Source: an uncultured Bacteroidales bacterium (lineage in GTDB: Bacteria; Bacteroidota; Bacteroidia; Bacteroidales; VadinHA17). Taken from it: a stretch of DNA of 64,000 bases. Positions 48,232-59,983 of the stretch are shown here, piece after piece (the first letter of the stretch is position 1; each line of letters starts with the position of its first letter). Where the stretch lies: assembly GCA_963703935.1 (NCBI GenBank), contig CAVPGA010000005.1, positions 528,139-592,138 of the forward strand. Direction: 5' to 3'. Below the pieces are notes generated by a model. It ran no database searches. It worked only from the letters and a program-made list of their open reading frames with translations, and was not told the origin of the DNA. Position numbers and translations under genes: made by a program.

Positions 48232-48401
48232 GGCGGATTCCTCATCCCGCGCCGCGGATTCGGAATGACAGACAGAATTCAGGTTAAGGGAAGAAGCGGC
48301 GATTCGCAAACGCCATTTTGTAATGCCGGCATTCCGGTGCGAATGCCGCTTCTCCCCATCCCAAAAAGTACCTGTCATTCCGAGCGCCAGCGAGGAATCC
48401 C
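48232..48401. repeat. ~170-bp imperfect long palindrome made of three nested inverted-repeat pairs
   Basis: The pairs are GGATTCCTC (48236-48244) / GAGGAATCC (48392-48400), TCGGAATGACAG (48260-48271) / CTGTCATTCCGA (48372-48383), and GAAGCGGCGATTCGCA (48292-48307) / TGCGAATGCCGCTTC (48339-48353). The central perfect palindrome is AATGCCGGCATT (48322-48333). Confidence 0.8.
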
Positions 48402-48452
48402 TTATGAATTAAAAGTTTTATCAGATAATCAACCACCCAGCCAAAAGTTCAG

Positions 48453-49169
48453 CTACATGAATTTTTCCCTTTTCTGGAGATTGAGAAGAGCTGCGAGCAG
48501 GAAGAGTATTGTGCCGGTGACAAGTATGATCCTGTTTTTAAGTGTTATAATTGCCCAGGTTGTTTCATTTACATCATAGGGGGGATTGAAGGGATTCAGG
48601 AAAACATTCCACTGACTTTTACGCAAGGGGTCCATCAGGATCATAAAGAAGAGACCGAATATTATCATGACTACAGCTGTCCCGTTACCGTTCCTGATCA
48701 CTGTTGAGAGCATGAATGCCATCATTCCAAGAAAAAAAACGGGTATCATTACCTGTATGGTAACACTTACAAACCGGAATTTAACTATCAGAACTGAAGA
48801 GAGGTAGGTAAATGCCAGCATGATCAGGAATGCGATAATAAAGATCAGAAGAATCCTGACCAGCCAGACTTTGTACCTGTAGTTGGGTATTCCGAACAAT
48901 ATCTCGATCGTCCTGGCATCCTGGTCATTCTGAATACCAAAAACCGTCGGATAAAATATAAGCAGTATTCCGGAAAATATGAATACACCGTAAAGGTCGC
49001 TCATTCTTGAAACGTCATTTTCAAAAACATAAATTACCGACAGTCCAAGGTAAAAGAGAACAGAACCTGCAAGAAACCAGATGAATTTATTTGCGAAGAT
49101 TATCCTCAGATTATAGATAATCATTCTGTAAATAAGGTCGAGGATGTTTCGTAACTTAATGTTTTTCAT
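48453..49169 (-). CDS. ABC-2-type transporter permease (6 TM)
   Basis: The ORF is an intact 238 aa and hydrophobic, with about six TM segments. It lies 5 nt downstream of the ABC ATPase domain gene on the same strand. Confidence 0.65.
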   Translation of the reverse strand: MKNIKLRNILDLIYRMIIYNLRIIFANKFIWFLAGSVLFYLGLSVIYVFENDVSRMSDLYGVFIFSGILLIFYPTVFGIQNDQDARTIEILFGIPNYRYKVWLVRILLIFIIAFLIMLAFTYLSSVLIVKFRFVSVTIQVMIPVFFLGMMAFMLSTVIRNGNGTAVVMIIFGLFFMILMDPLRKSQWNVFLNPFNPPYDVNETTWAIITLKNRIILVTGTILFLLAALLNLQKREKFM

Positions 49170-49173
49170 TTAT

Positions 49174-52100
49174 TTACAGTTTGCCGTTTTTTGGTTTCCC
49201 GTTGTTATCCTTCTTTCTTAGAAGCCACAGATATGCATCCTCAAGATTGGGGCTTGCATTTATTGCAGTTTCCCATGGCTTGTTTTCCGAAATTACCCTT
49301 ACCCTGACATTTTCACCTTCCGACATATGGTGAACGACAAGATGTGTTTCAACAAAGCTGCTGAACTCATTGGCCGGGATATTAAACTGCCATACATGTC
49401 CTTCGGCTTCTTTGGTCATATCTATTGGTTTGCCGAAGTACCTGAGCATTCCTTTATTCAGTACTGCAACCTGGTTGCAGGAGCTTGAAATATCTTCAAT
49501 GATATGGGTTGAAAAGATTACGATCCGTTCGCGGCTGAGCTCAACCAGGAGATTTCTGAATCTGATCCGCTCCCGTGGATCGAGGCCGGCTGTGGGCTCA
49601 TCAACAACAAGGATCCTGGGCAGATGAAGCAGTATCTGTGCAATACCCATTCTCTGTTTCATTCCTCCGGAATAGGATCCGATTTTCTCATGCCTGCGTT
49701 CATCCATATGAACTGCCTTGAGGACATAGGTGACCCTTTCTTCCCTGATTGCCGGATCGGTAATGTTCTTCAGCATAGCCTGATAGTGAAGATATTCATG
49801 TGCAGTCATATTCTCATAGCTGCCGAATTCCTGGGGCAGGTAACCTATCAGTCCCTGCAGCTCCTCCCTCTTCTTGTGTATCGAGGCCGTTTATCCACAC
49901 CTTGCCGTAACTCTGCTCAAGGATGCCGCAGATAATTCTCATCAGGGTTGTTTTTCCGGCACCGTTTGGACCCAGAAGTCCAAACATTCCGTTACCGATG
50001 TTAAGCGAGACCCAGCTGAGAGCCTTAAAAGGCTTTTTCTTTTTCCCGATCAGAGGCACTGCTGCAACAATCTTGTAAACTCCTTTCCTGATATCTTTGA
50101 ACCTGCCTTCAAGCCTGTAGATATCAATGTTTTCCCTTGAAAGCTTTTGTCCTGTTTTGAAGATAAATAATCCAAGGAACCAGATAAATCCCAGGATCAG
50201 AACGACTGCAATATTATCCCATTTCATCTGAAACCAGATAAGATTCAGCAGAGGAATAATCCAGAAAACTGCAAAATCTGCAATAGCTGAAAATCTTTTC
50301 AGCCACATTTTTCTCCCTCCTGCAGTAAGGTTTGAGAAGAGCTCTTTAAAAGAGGTCCATATAGCTGACAGGAAGAACCAGGTCAGCAGGCTGAAGAGAA
50401 AAATCCAGAATCCTTTTTCAAGGTAGAAATAGGTAAAGTAAAAAAGAAAGCCAAACAGCGGAAGCTGCCATCCGATAGCGCTCATATCCTTCCAGGTCCT
50501 GTAATGATTCTGCAATCCGAGTCGTTCTCTTATCCTGGCTCCGGCCTTCCATTCCCTGGCCCACCTGTTGTCCCTTTCATAGATCTTTACCAGGCTCTGA
50601 ATATGTATATTAATCGGCTCATCAGGCGGAATGACGGTTTCTCTTGCTTTCCTCAGACTGTTCATCACAAACCAGGTTCCGGCAGGAACCAGGATCAATA
50701 CAAGAATTGTTGTTATTAGTTTCCAGAGAAATTTGTCTATATTTCTGTATATCAAAAATATAAAGAAGGCGAAAATTAAAAGCTGAATGGTTTTGTTCTT
50801 CCAGGAGAGTGAATTGAACCACCTGAGTGCATTTTCCAGGCCGGAATAAAATGTTGGAATAAAGATGAGTGTCAGAAGTGTGCTTAGTGTAAGACCTCCG
50901 ATCACTGTTATGGCAAATGAAGCTCCGATTGCTGATACATATTCAGCCTGTCCCATTGCAAGCGGTACCATTGCAATGACTGTTGTTGAGGCAGTGATCA
51001 GGATCGGTCGGATCCTTGCAACCCCTGCTGTCATAAGTGCCCTGTGCCTGCGGTTACCTCTCTTTCTCAGTATATTTGTATAATCAATAAGTATAATTCC
51101 ATTATTCACTACTACACCGAGCAGGATCAGAAATCCGGTCAGTGTGTTTGCATTCAGCAGCGAATTTCCTGTAAGTATAAGGGCAATCAAGTGATCCGAG
51201 TGCGGCAAGTGGAATGCTGAACATCAGAACAACAGGAGTAGCAAGAGATTCAAAAACAGCAGCAAGGATCATATAGATCAAGAAGAAAGGCAATTCCGAT
51301 CAGGTAATAGAAATCCTTAAGCTGGTTTTCTTCATGAACAACTTCAACTGCAATCCCTGAGGGAATATTCATCCCTGCAACTATTGATTCAATCTCTGTC
51401 CTTGCCACCTTCAAGAAGATCTTTGGAATTCCTGATTTCCTCATTGAAGTTATAGGTTACGGTTATCCTCTTTTCCTGGTTCTCCCTGTGAATATTGCCC
51501 ATGCCCGATAGAAAATATGATATTCGAAAGCTCCTCCATTTCCATTACCGAACCACCTGTTCCCGTTACTTCAAGATGTTTCAGATCATCAATTGTCTTA
51601 TCTGGATTCTTTTTTATTTCGCCACTCTCATCAGCATATTTTATCATGATATCATAGCTTTCGGTTCCCTGCTTGAAAGTTGCACCTGATGAGTATTCTC
51701 TTCCGAAAGTTGACAAGTGCCGATGACAGATTGCCAAGAGTGAAATTATTCCTTCCAATATAATCCATATCAAAAAGGAGATGAACTTCGGGTTTATTAT
51801 CCTGAACATTTATACTGGCATTGTTAATTGTGGAAGATCATCGACATATGATTTTATATCATCAGCAAGGTTTTTCATCTGTGTCGAAATTCTGTCCTTT
51901 GATGATTACACTTTCGTTCTGGGATCCTATACCAAGCAGATTCATGAAATCTGCACCCGGATTGATAATTTCACCTCCGCCGCCTCCTCCTGTAAATCCT
52001 CCACTTGTTGATAGTTCATCCATGCTTATTTCAGCAGAAGAAATATTTTTTGTCTTTTCCGAAATATCATTTTTAATTTCAGGAAGCGATCTTTTGCTTT

Positions 52101-53948
52101 TCTTATCCCACTCTTCCGGAAGATTGATTGTAACAGTTGCCTGCTCTTCTTCAATCCGGCTCACAATATCCTCTTTTTCAGGCAATGATGCAAGCCTTGA
52201 TTCAATTTCCGCAACAACTGCATCGGTTTTTTCAAGTGTCGATCCTCCGGGCATTGTAACACGTCAGCCTGAAATTAGGTGTCGTCAACTTCCTGGGTTG
52301 AGCTGATGCTTAAGTGTCAGACTAATCAGCAGAGCTGCAAAGAAAACCACCAGGGTTCCGATTATTGTTGCGGCAGGTTTTCTCATGCTTGCTTTCAGAA
52401 CAAGATGATAAGCCTGAATCAGCCTGTCGTGTATTGACAACTTTTTGAAATATCTGAAGATTTACTGTTTTTGATTCCCGGAAAGCAGGAAAAAGGTTGC
52501 CATCGGGATGAACAAAACCGCAACAAAAAGCGATACAAGCAGGGTTGAAATTATTGAAACACCAATGTTCTTTCCGATAATTTTAACCAGGAAATTTGTT
52601 GAAAAAATAAATGGAAGAAAGACTATCAACGTTGTAAGGGTTGATGCAAATATTGATCTCCATACTTCAGTTGTTCCCTGTTTGACAGCTGTTTCCGGAT
52701 CCTTTCCCTGTCCCGCAAGCCGGTAGATATTCTCAAGTACCACAACTGAATTATCGACAAGCATACCGATTGCAAGAGCCATTCCGACCAGTGTCAGACT
52801 GTTTATTGATATATCGAACGCATAGAAAAAATTAAATGCCGTATAAACTGAAACCGGTATTGACAGTCGCAATTATAGCTACAAGCCTGATATTCCTGAG
52901 GAAGAACCAGAGTATCAGGACCGCAAGAATTCCTCCGGTTATTGCAAGATTGATGATCTGATTTATGTTCTTTTCCATCATCTCGGCACTGTTGTTCTGC
53001 ACAACGATCTCAACTCCCTCGGAAGCAAGCTTTTTATTGAGTTCATTTACCTGTTCAAGAGCATCATGGGAAAGCTTTATAAGATTTGCCTGGTTGTCAT
53101 TTACAAGGGTCATTGTAACAGCATCCAGTCCGTTAACCCTGCTATATGAGCTTTGTTCCTTTACTCCGAAAAATATTTCAGCAACATCCCTCAGAAGAAC
53201 AGGACCCTGTTTGCTTCACAATTATGTTTCCGATCTCCTTTACATCAGTGTATTCAGAAGTGACATTTACAAAAAACTCATCCTGTCCGTCGACTACCTT
53301 TCCGGCAAATGTTTTATCCCTTCCGTTATTATTCAGCAGGTTCCTGACCTGTCCCATTGAGATCCCATTTGCCTTGCATGCTTTTTCATTAAGCCTTACC
53401 TCAATTGAGTTTTCCTGTCCGCCGTAAACCTGGACACCGGCAATTCCGTCGATATTCTCAAATTCAGGTTTGATCTCCCTGTCAGCTATATTCCTGATCC
53501 TGTCTATACCTCCTTCGCCTCTGACCTGCAGCTCCATGAACTGGTTTGTGAGTTGCTCAAGGTCTATCTTAATTACATTTATTATAAACTCCTCAGGGAT
53601 AGTGTTTTTAACAATATCAATTTTTTCCTGGAGCTTCAGATTGGCATATTTGAGGTCGGCATTCTGATTGTAATAGATCATTATCGTCCCGTATCGCGAA
53701 GAGATATTTGATTCGATCTTTTCAATGCCCTCAAGAGTGCCGATTGCTCCTTCAATAGGGATAATTGCCTGTGTTTCAATGTAGGACGGATCGATTTCAA
53801 GTGGAGTACCAACCTGAACGATCAATGTGGGAAGCTGGGCATTTGGGAAAAGTTCGACCGACAGTCTTTTGTATGAAACATAGCCAAGCATGGTAAGCCC
53901 TATAAAGAGCATGCTGATAAGAATCCTTCTCTTTAAAATAAAATTCAT
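49174..53948 (-). CDS. RND (AcrB-type) efflux permease fused in frame to ~6 extra TM helices and an ABC ATPase domain (~1590 codons), frameshifted in this assembly
   Basis: The RND N-terminus is MNFILKRRILISMLFIGLTMLGYVSYKRLSVELFPNAQLPTL (53948). Colinear RND pieces run down to 51208. The single ORF 49814-51208 contains the RND C-terminal TM11-12 block (GVVVNNGIILIDY...RIRPILITASTTVIAMVPLA...LIFIPTFY), then TM-rich sequence, then Walker A (LLGPNGAGKTT). After one frame change near 49860, the piece 49174-49809 carries YSGGMKQRMGIAQ and ILVVDEPTAGLD. Confidence 0.6.
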
Positions 53949-53982
53949 TTCATTTTCTTAATTGAGTTTGTCAGCGCTCAAT

Positions 53983-56900
53983 CTACGTTTTTCCTCCGGT
54001 TACCCTTTGACTCAGACTATCGAAAACCCAGTAAACACAGGGAATTACAACCAGGGTCAGAAGGGTTGACGAAACCAATCCTCCGATCACTGCCAGGGCC
54101 ATTGGAGATCTCAGTGATGCACTTTCACCAATTCCGATTGTTAGCGGAAGAAGTGCAAGAATTGTTGTAAGGCTTGTCATCAGGATTGGTCTGATCCTTT
54201 GAGTTCCTGCAAGGACTATTGCCTCTTTCTTTTCAATTCCTTTTTCTCTTAGCTGGTTTATCCTGTCAATCAGTAATATTGCATTATTGACCGCAATACC
54301 TCCCAGCATGATTATCCCGATATATGCCATCATGTTCAGGCTTTTCCCAAGGAGGAAGAATGTCAGTACAGTTCCAACTCCCGCAAGGGGTATTGTAAGC
54401 ATTATAACAAATGGCTGGATTATAGATTCAAACTGAGCTGCCAGTACCATGAATACCAGATACCAGTGACAGGATAAGTGCAAAAGTGAGATTCGACATT
54501 GATTCTTTTCTCTTGAGCTCTTCACCTGTAAATTCAATTTTATAATCGACCGGAAGAGCTATGGATTTCAATGATGCTTCAGCATTCCTTTACCACCTGA
54601 TCGAATGGCATGGAACTGTTCACCATTGCATATATATAGCATGTCCTCGACTGGTTTCTTCTTGTTATCTCCCGGGGACTTACAACTGTTCTTATTGCTG
54701 CAAGTTCACTCAGCGGTACCTTTATGTTGCCGGCTGTTATCATCAGATCCTTCAGCTGATGAAGGGATATATCGCCAAGCTTGATGGTTATATCTTTCAT
54801 CTCACCATCTTTTTCGAAACTGCCTGCTGATGAGCCTTCCAGGTAGCTTTTTATCTGGTTGATGACATTTTCAACGGTATACATTATAATAACTTGTCTT
54901 AAACCTGTCAATTGCTACTTCCACCTCCGGTGTACCCTCATCAAGTGAGGTTGTGATATTATAAAGTCCCTGATTATTTTCAAGAGAATTTCTTGATTTC
55001 ATCAAGTATTCTTTCCAGTTCATCGTACTCTTTTCCTGATATCTCAAGGGCAAATGGTGCAGATGATGTTCCGAGGGAAGACTGCAGTGCCGTCTCTTCT
55101 CTTATAAAACTTACTTCAAGATCAGGAATGGTTTTAAGGTAATTTTCAATAAGGCTTATTGCCTCTTCAGTTCTTGCAGCAAAGTCATCAGTCAAAATTA
55201 TCTTTAATGAGGCGGTATTTTCACCGCTGATACCTGAAGATGTGCTTATTGTTGAAGTTTTATCCTCTCCTGTCTGGGCGTATATCATTCTTATTTTATC
55301 CGGAAGCAGTTCCCTGATTATCTCCTCAGCTTTTTGTGCAGTACTGAAGGTTCGCTCAAGATTGGTTCCCTCAGGCAGTTTAAGCTTTACAGTGAATTCA
55401 GCTGATTCCGATTTTGGCATAAATTCACTTCCAAGCTTCGGCAATAAGGAGGACAGATATGCCAAGAAGGAGTAACCGAAAGAAAAATTACAAGACCTCT
55501 TCTCTCGACAGTTTTTTCAAGGAATTCTTTATACCAGTTAAAACGAACAGGTGTGGAAATGTCCACTTTTCTTTTCTTATCTGGAAAGAGTGTGGAAACA
55601 AGCATCGGGATCACCAGCATTGCAACAAGAAGCGATGAAAGCAGGGCAAAAGCCACAGTCCAGGCCTGGTCCTTGAACATTTCACCTGAGGCCCCATGAA
55701 GATAAACGATAGGAAGGAAAACAACTATTGTTGTGACTGTTGAAGCCGTAATTGCTCCACCGACTTCCCCGGTCCCGTCTATTACAGCTTCTTTTAAGGA
55801 CATTCCCTCCTCACGGTTCCTGGTAATATTCTCAAGAACCACAATTGCATTGTCAACAAGCATTCCGGCCCCAAGCGCCAGTCCTCCCAGTGTCATTATG
55901 TTAAGGGTGAGATGGTTAAAATACATCAGGTTGAATGTGGCAATTATTGAAATGGGAATTGCAACACTGATGACAAGGGTTGTTCCTATCCTTCTGAGAA
56001 AAACATAAAGAATGAAAACCGCAAGAAGTATTCCTATGATAAGGGTATTCTTCACCTCGCCAATTGCATTGTGGATATAGTTGCCCTGGTCCTGCACTTT
56101 TATAAACTCATAGCCGGGCAATGCTTTTGCAAGTTCCGCAAATGCCTTATCAAGACTTTTTACTGCATCAACAGTATTGAATTTTGGCTCTTTGTAAACA
56201 GATAGTCCAATGCATCGTTCACCATTGATTGTTACAATATTTTCAGGATCCTTATTTTCAAATTTTATTGTTGCAACATCTCTAAGGTAAACCGGCACCC
56301 TTTCCGACGAGGATGCAGCTTCAGCGCCGGCGGTTGCAGATGTGGCGGGTTGCTTAAAACCAACAATTATATTTTCAAGATCATTGAGGTCCCTAAGCAC
56401 ACTTACTCCTTTAACGACATATTTGAGCCCCATATCAACAATTGAACCACCTGATACATTCCTGTTGTAGTTGCTGATCTGCAATGCAATAGCATCGGAA
56501 GTAAGACCAAATGATTCAAGTATATATTTGTTGGTTTCAATTACAACTTCACTTTCTTCCTTCCCTGTCAGTCTGACATCGGCAACACCTTCAATCCTGA
56601 CAAGCTCATTCCTGATATAATTCTCTGCAATTTTCCGCAGTTCATCCATATTGGTGATGCGTTCATTCTTCAGTCCAACGATCATCACCGGAGCAGCATT
56701 CGGATCATACTGGGATATTGTAAAATCTTCAAGATCAGAGTTCTGGCTGAATGAATTAAGTTCTTTCTGAAGATCCAGAAATGCTTCATCCATATCCTTG
56801 TTCCAGTCATATTCAACAGTGATTGTTGCAGAACCGACCTTTGAAACTGATGAAACCTGCGTCACATCGCTCTGACGCATTGAAAGTGATTCGATCTGAT

Positions 56901-57096
56901 CGACATAGTTCTTTTCAATCTCTTCCGGAGGTTTTTCACCGGCTTTCAGCTCAATATAGATCTTCGGATTATTCAGATCGGGGAACAGATCAGTCCCAAG
57001 CTTACCGAAGGAGATAAATCCCAGCAGAACTATCCCCAGCACCAGCATCAGTACTGTTACCGGGTATTTTACAGCAAATTGGGCAATTCTGTTCAT
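53983..57096 (-). CDS. RND (AcrB-type) efflux permease, first of two in tandem, frameshifted in this assembly
   Basis: The N-terminus is MNRIAQFAVKYPVTVLMLVLGIVLLGFISFGKLGTDLFPD. Seen are GMLVDNAIVVLENI, and C-terminal GGIAVNNAILLIDRINQL...RIRPILMTSLTTILALLPL. The pieces are 55387-57096, 54980-55465, 54871-55053, 54579-54911 and 53983-54537. Confidence 0.85.
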
Positions 57097-57101
57097 ATCG
57101 G

Positions 57102-58152
57102 TTATTTAATGATTTTTACCTTCGACCTGTTGCTGAGAGTCTCAAAACCGCAAGTGACTACACGTTCATTTTTTGCCAGTCCCCTTATAACTTCAACATC
57201 AGTAATATTCTCAAGCCCGGTTTCAATAATTCTTTCTGCAGCCACACCCCGGTCGACAATAAACACAGTTTTTCCTCTCTGGCGGGAAAGGATTATACTT
57301 TTTGGAATTACAATTACAGAGTCTTTACGGTTTGTAACAATATCAGCTTTTACAAACATTCCGGGCCGGAGAAGGTAATCAGGATTATCAATTGAGATAT
57401 TACCTTTGAATGTTCTTGTAGTCGGCATTAATGGCAGGTGACAATTGGGTTATACTTCCGGTTATTGTGTCCTCCGGAATAGTGTAGTTTGTAAGTTTTA
57501 CAAGCTGACCCGGTTTTATGACGGTAATGTATTTTTCAGGAAGCTGAACATCCATATACATTATCTGGTAGTCCATTATTTTTGCAATTGTTTTTCCGGT
57601 TTCAACCTGTGTGCCCTGAGTATAATAGGGCAGATCAACAATCACACCGTCGATCGGAGCGCTATCTTTGTCTTGTCAAGCTGGAGCCTGGCAGTTTCAA
57701 CAGTGGTTTTGGCATTTTCATAGTTTATACCTGCTGTTTTCAGCTCTTTAAGTGTCACTCCTCCTTTTTCGTAAAGTGATTCCTGTTTCCTGAGCTCACT
57801 TTCCGTAAGCTCCAGATTAAGTTAGTTGGTCTCCATCTTGACGGAATTTACATATTCCCTGTCTTCAAGCCGTGCAATCAGCGCACCGGCTCTTGATCCT
57901 GTCACCAAGCTGCCATGGCCTGTCTGGTCCGTGGATTTTTTTCAAGGAAATATGAAGCAGTGATCTTTGATTTCAGTTCTATTTCACCTTTCGGGAAAGC
58001 AGTACCTGTTGTATTGACGAATTCTTCAATTGATTTTAGCCTTATCTCTTCAACCGAAACAGGAATTTCAACATCGGCAGTCAGATTCTGATCCTGTTCC
58101 TGCATCCTGCAAATGCCATTATCATGGCAATGATTAGAAGGCTTTTTTTCAT
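57102..58152 (-). CDS. Efflux RND periplasmic adaptor (membrane fusion protein), frameshifted in this assembly
   Basis: The lipoprotein signal is MKKSLLIIAMIMAFAGC (ATG at 58152). The pieces 57902-58105, 57400-57645 and 57102-57428 have the barrel-sandwich/beta-barrel style ending VIRGLAKNERVVTCGFETLSNRSKVKI. Confidence 0.8.
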
Positions 58153-59652
58153 TTTATTAGTTTTATAATTATTCTTATTATCAATTGTCATTACCGGAGT
58201 CACCGGTTCTTTTTTCTCAAAGTCGTAAAGAGTCTGAATCTTAAGATTCAGAAGTTCAAGTTTATAGGAAATAAGCGAATTGGTGTATGAGAGCTGTTTT
58301 TCGGACAGCTGGTTCTGATAGATGTTCAGATCCATACCGGTAAGGTCACCGTTCTTATATTTTTCAAGATTGAGATCGTATGTAAGCTGTGCATTTGTAA
58401 CGGATTGTTGTGCTATTCCAATCTGATTTTGCAGATTTAGAAGGTTCCTGTAAACTTTTCGCACACCAAGTATAATATTATTCTGCTCCTCTTCCAGGCT
58501 TATTTTTTCTGTTTCAATTGAGGCTTCTGTTGCTTTAATCCTGGATTTTCTTTCACCCCAGTCCCACAGCGGGATAGACAGGGACAATGCAACGCTTTCA
58601 TTATCAGTAGGATTTGCATAGATATCACCGAAGTTTTCATTGTCCCCGAAAAGTCCGACGGAAAGACCGAGGCTTCCTTTGAATTCATTCAGAGCTTTGG
58701 TCTGGATAAGATCAAACTGAGAAGATTCAATTGATATTGATCTTTGCCTGAGTTCCATCCTGTTTGCCAGACCCTGATCAATTGCAAATCCAATATCAAT
58801 CTGTACAGTGTCAACGGCAATATTTGGAAGAACAATAAGATCATCATACAGGCTCATACCAATCAGAAGCTTGAACTCATCCTTTGCATTTTCGAGTGAG
58901 ACCTGCTTATTTTCATAATCCGATTTTGTTGTTGCAAGGTTCAGTTCAGCCTGGAACATCTCTTCCCGTGCAGAGATCCCTGCATCAACCTTGTTTTTAA
59001 TGATTTCATAGCTCTTTTGCATATTCTCATATGCCTGCTTGGCAATATCAAGACTCTGCTGCTGCTGATAAACATAGTAAAAGGCCTGTGTAACTCCTCT
59101 TTCCAGCGACAATAGCTGAATGGCATAGTCAAGTTGTGAATTTTCAAGGGCAAGCTGAAGTTCCTTTAACTGAAGTTTTGTCCTGTTATAGGTAAAAAGC
59201 GGCTGATCGAGATTAAGTGAGAGGTTATTGCTGAATCCTTTTGTAGATTGATTAGCATATTCGCTGTATGAATCATTATAGCCAAACCTGTTTATCAGTG
59301 AAATCCTTGCATCAGTGAAAACGATAGGCTGGGATACTGTAAACAATCCGTAACTCTCTGTGGTTTTGGTAGAGTTCCATTGTGAGATCAGGTCAATGAA
59401 TGAACGGTTCTGATTGTATTCGATGGGATTGATGGTAAGAGAAAAGTTTGATTTCAGGGCCGCATTCTGGGCATTGAGGTTCTCCTGGCTCCTTATAAGG
59501 CCAAGCCTTGTTTTCCTGATGGCCGGGCTGTTTGACTCCGCAATTGACAATGACTGCTCGAGGGTAAGTGCTTGCTGGGAAACCCCCGGCAGCGCTAATA
59601 AAAACAGTAGGATTAAGATCCCTGCTCTTGCGATAAGACGTTTTATATTCAT
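58153..59652 (-). CDS. TolC-family outer membrane efflux protein
   Basis: There is a signal peptide, the start LTLEQSLSIAESNSPAIRK, and two internally similar coiled halves typical of OEP/TolC. In this assembly the ORF (58081-59652) has no stop before the adaptor ATG, so the 3' boundary is inferred. Confidence 0.8.
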
Positions 59653-59687
59653 TTTATTAGATCTTGGTATTCATTTTTACTTTTCTT

Positions 59688-59832
59688 GTCTCTCAGTCTC
59701 TCAGTCTCTCAGTCTCTCAGGTCTCTCAGTCTCTCAGTCTCTCAGTCTCTCAGTCTCTCAGTCTCTCAGTCTCTCAGTCTCTCAGTCTCTCAGTCTCTCA
59801 GTCTCTCAGTCTCTCAGTCTCTCAGGTCTCTC
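59688..59832. repeat. 8-bp microsatellite (GTCTCTCA) x17, interrupted twice by an extra G
   Basis: There are four perfect units (59688-59719), G at 59720, thirteen perfect units (59721-59824), G at 59825, and then a partial unit. It lies 36 nt upstream of the TolC start codon (minus strand). Confidence 0.95.
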
Positions 59833-59983
59833 GGTCTTCCGTCTTCATGTACTCACCCCCGACCCCTCTCTGCTTTGCAAAGAGGGGTGCCTATGGATGA
59901 GGTATGATCGTTCTTCCTACCCAACTGTTCACCCCTAAATCCCTGCCTACCCTGCCTACCGGCAGGCAGGCGGCAGGCAGGCC

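Noticed and set aside
48166-48579. A 137-aa plus-strand ORF spanning the nested palindrome.
   Set aside because: It is composed of REP/palindrome sequence and overlaps the 3' end of the minus-strand permease gene. It has no recognisable motif.
59414-59938. Plus-strand ORFs with SLSLSVSQSLSLS repeats (59414-59938, 59664-59900, 59686-59907).
   Set aside because: They are the three-frame translations of the 8-bp microsatellite and run antisense into the TolC gene. They show no coding signal.
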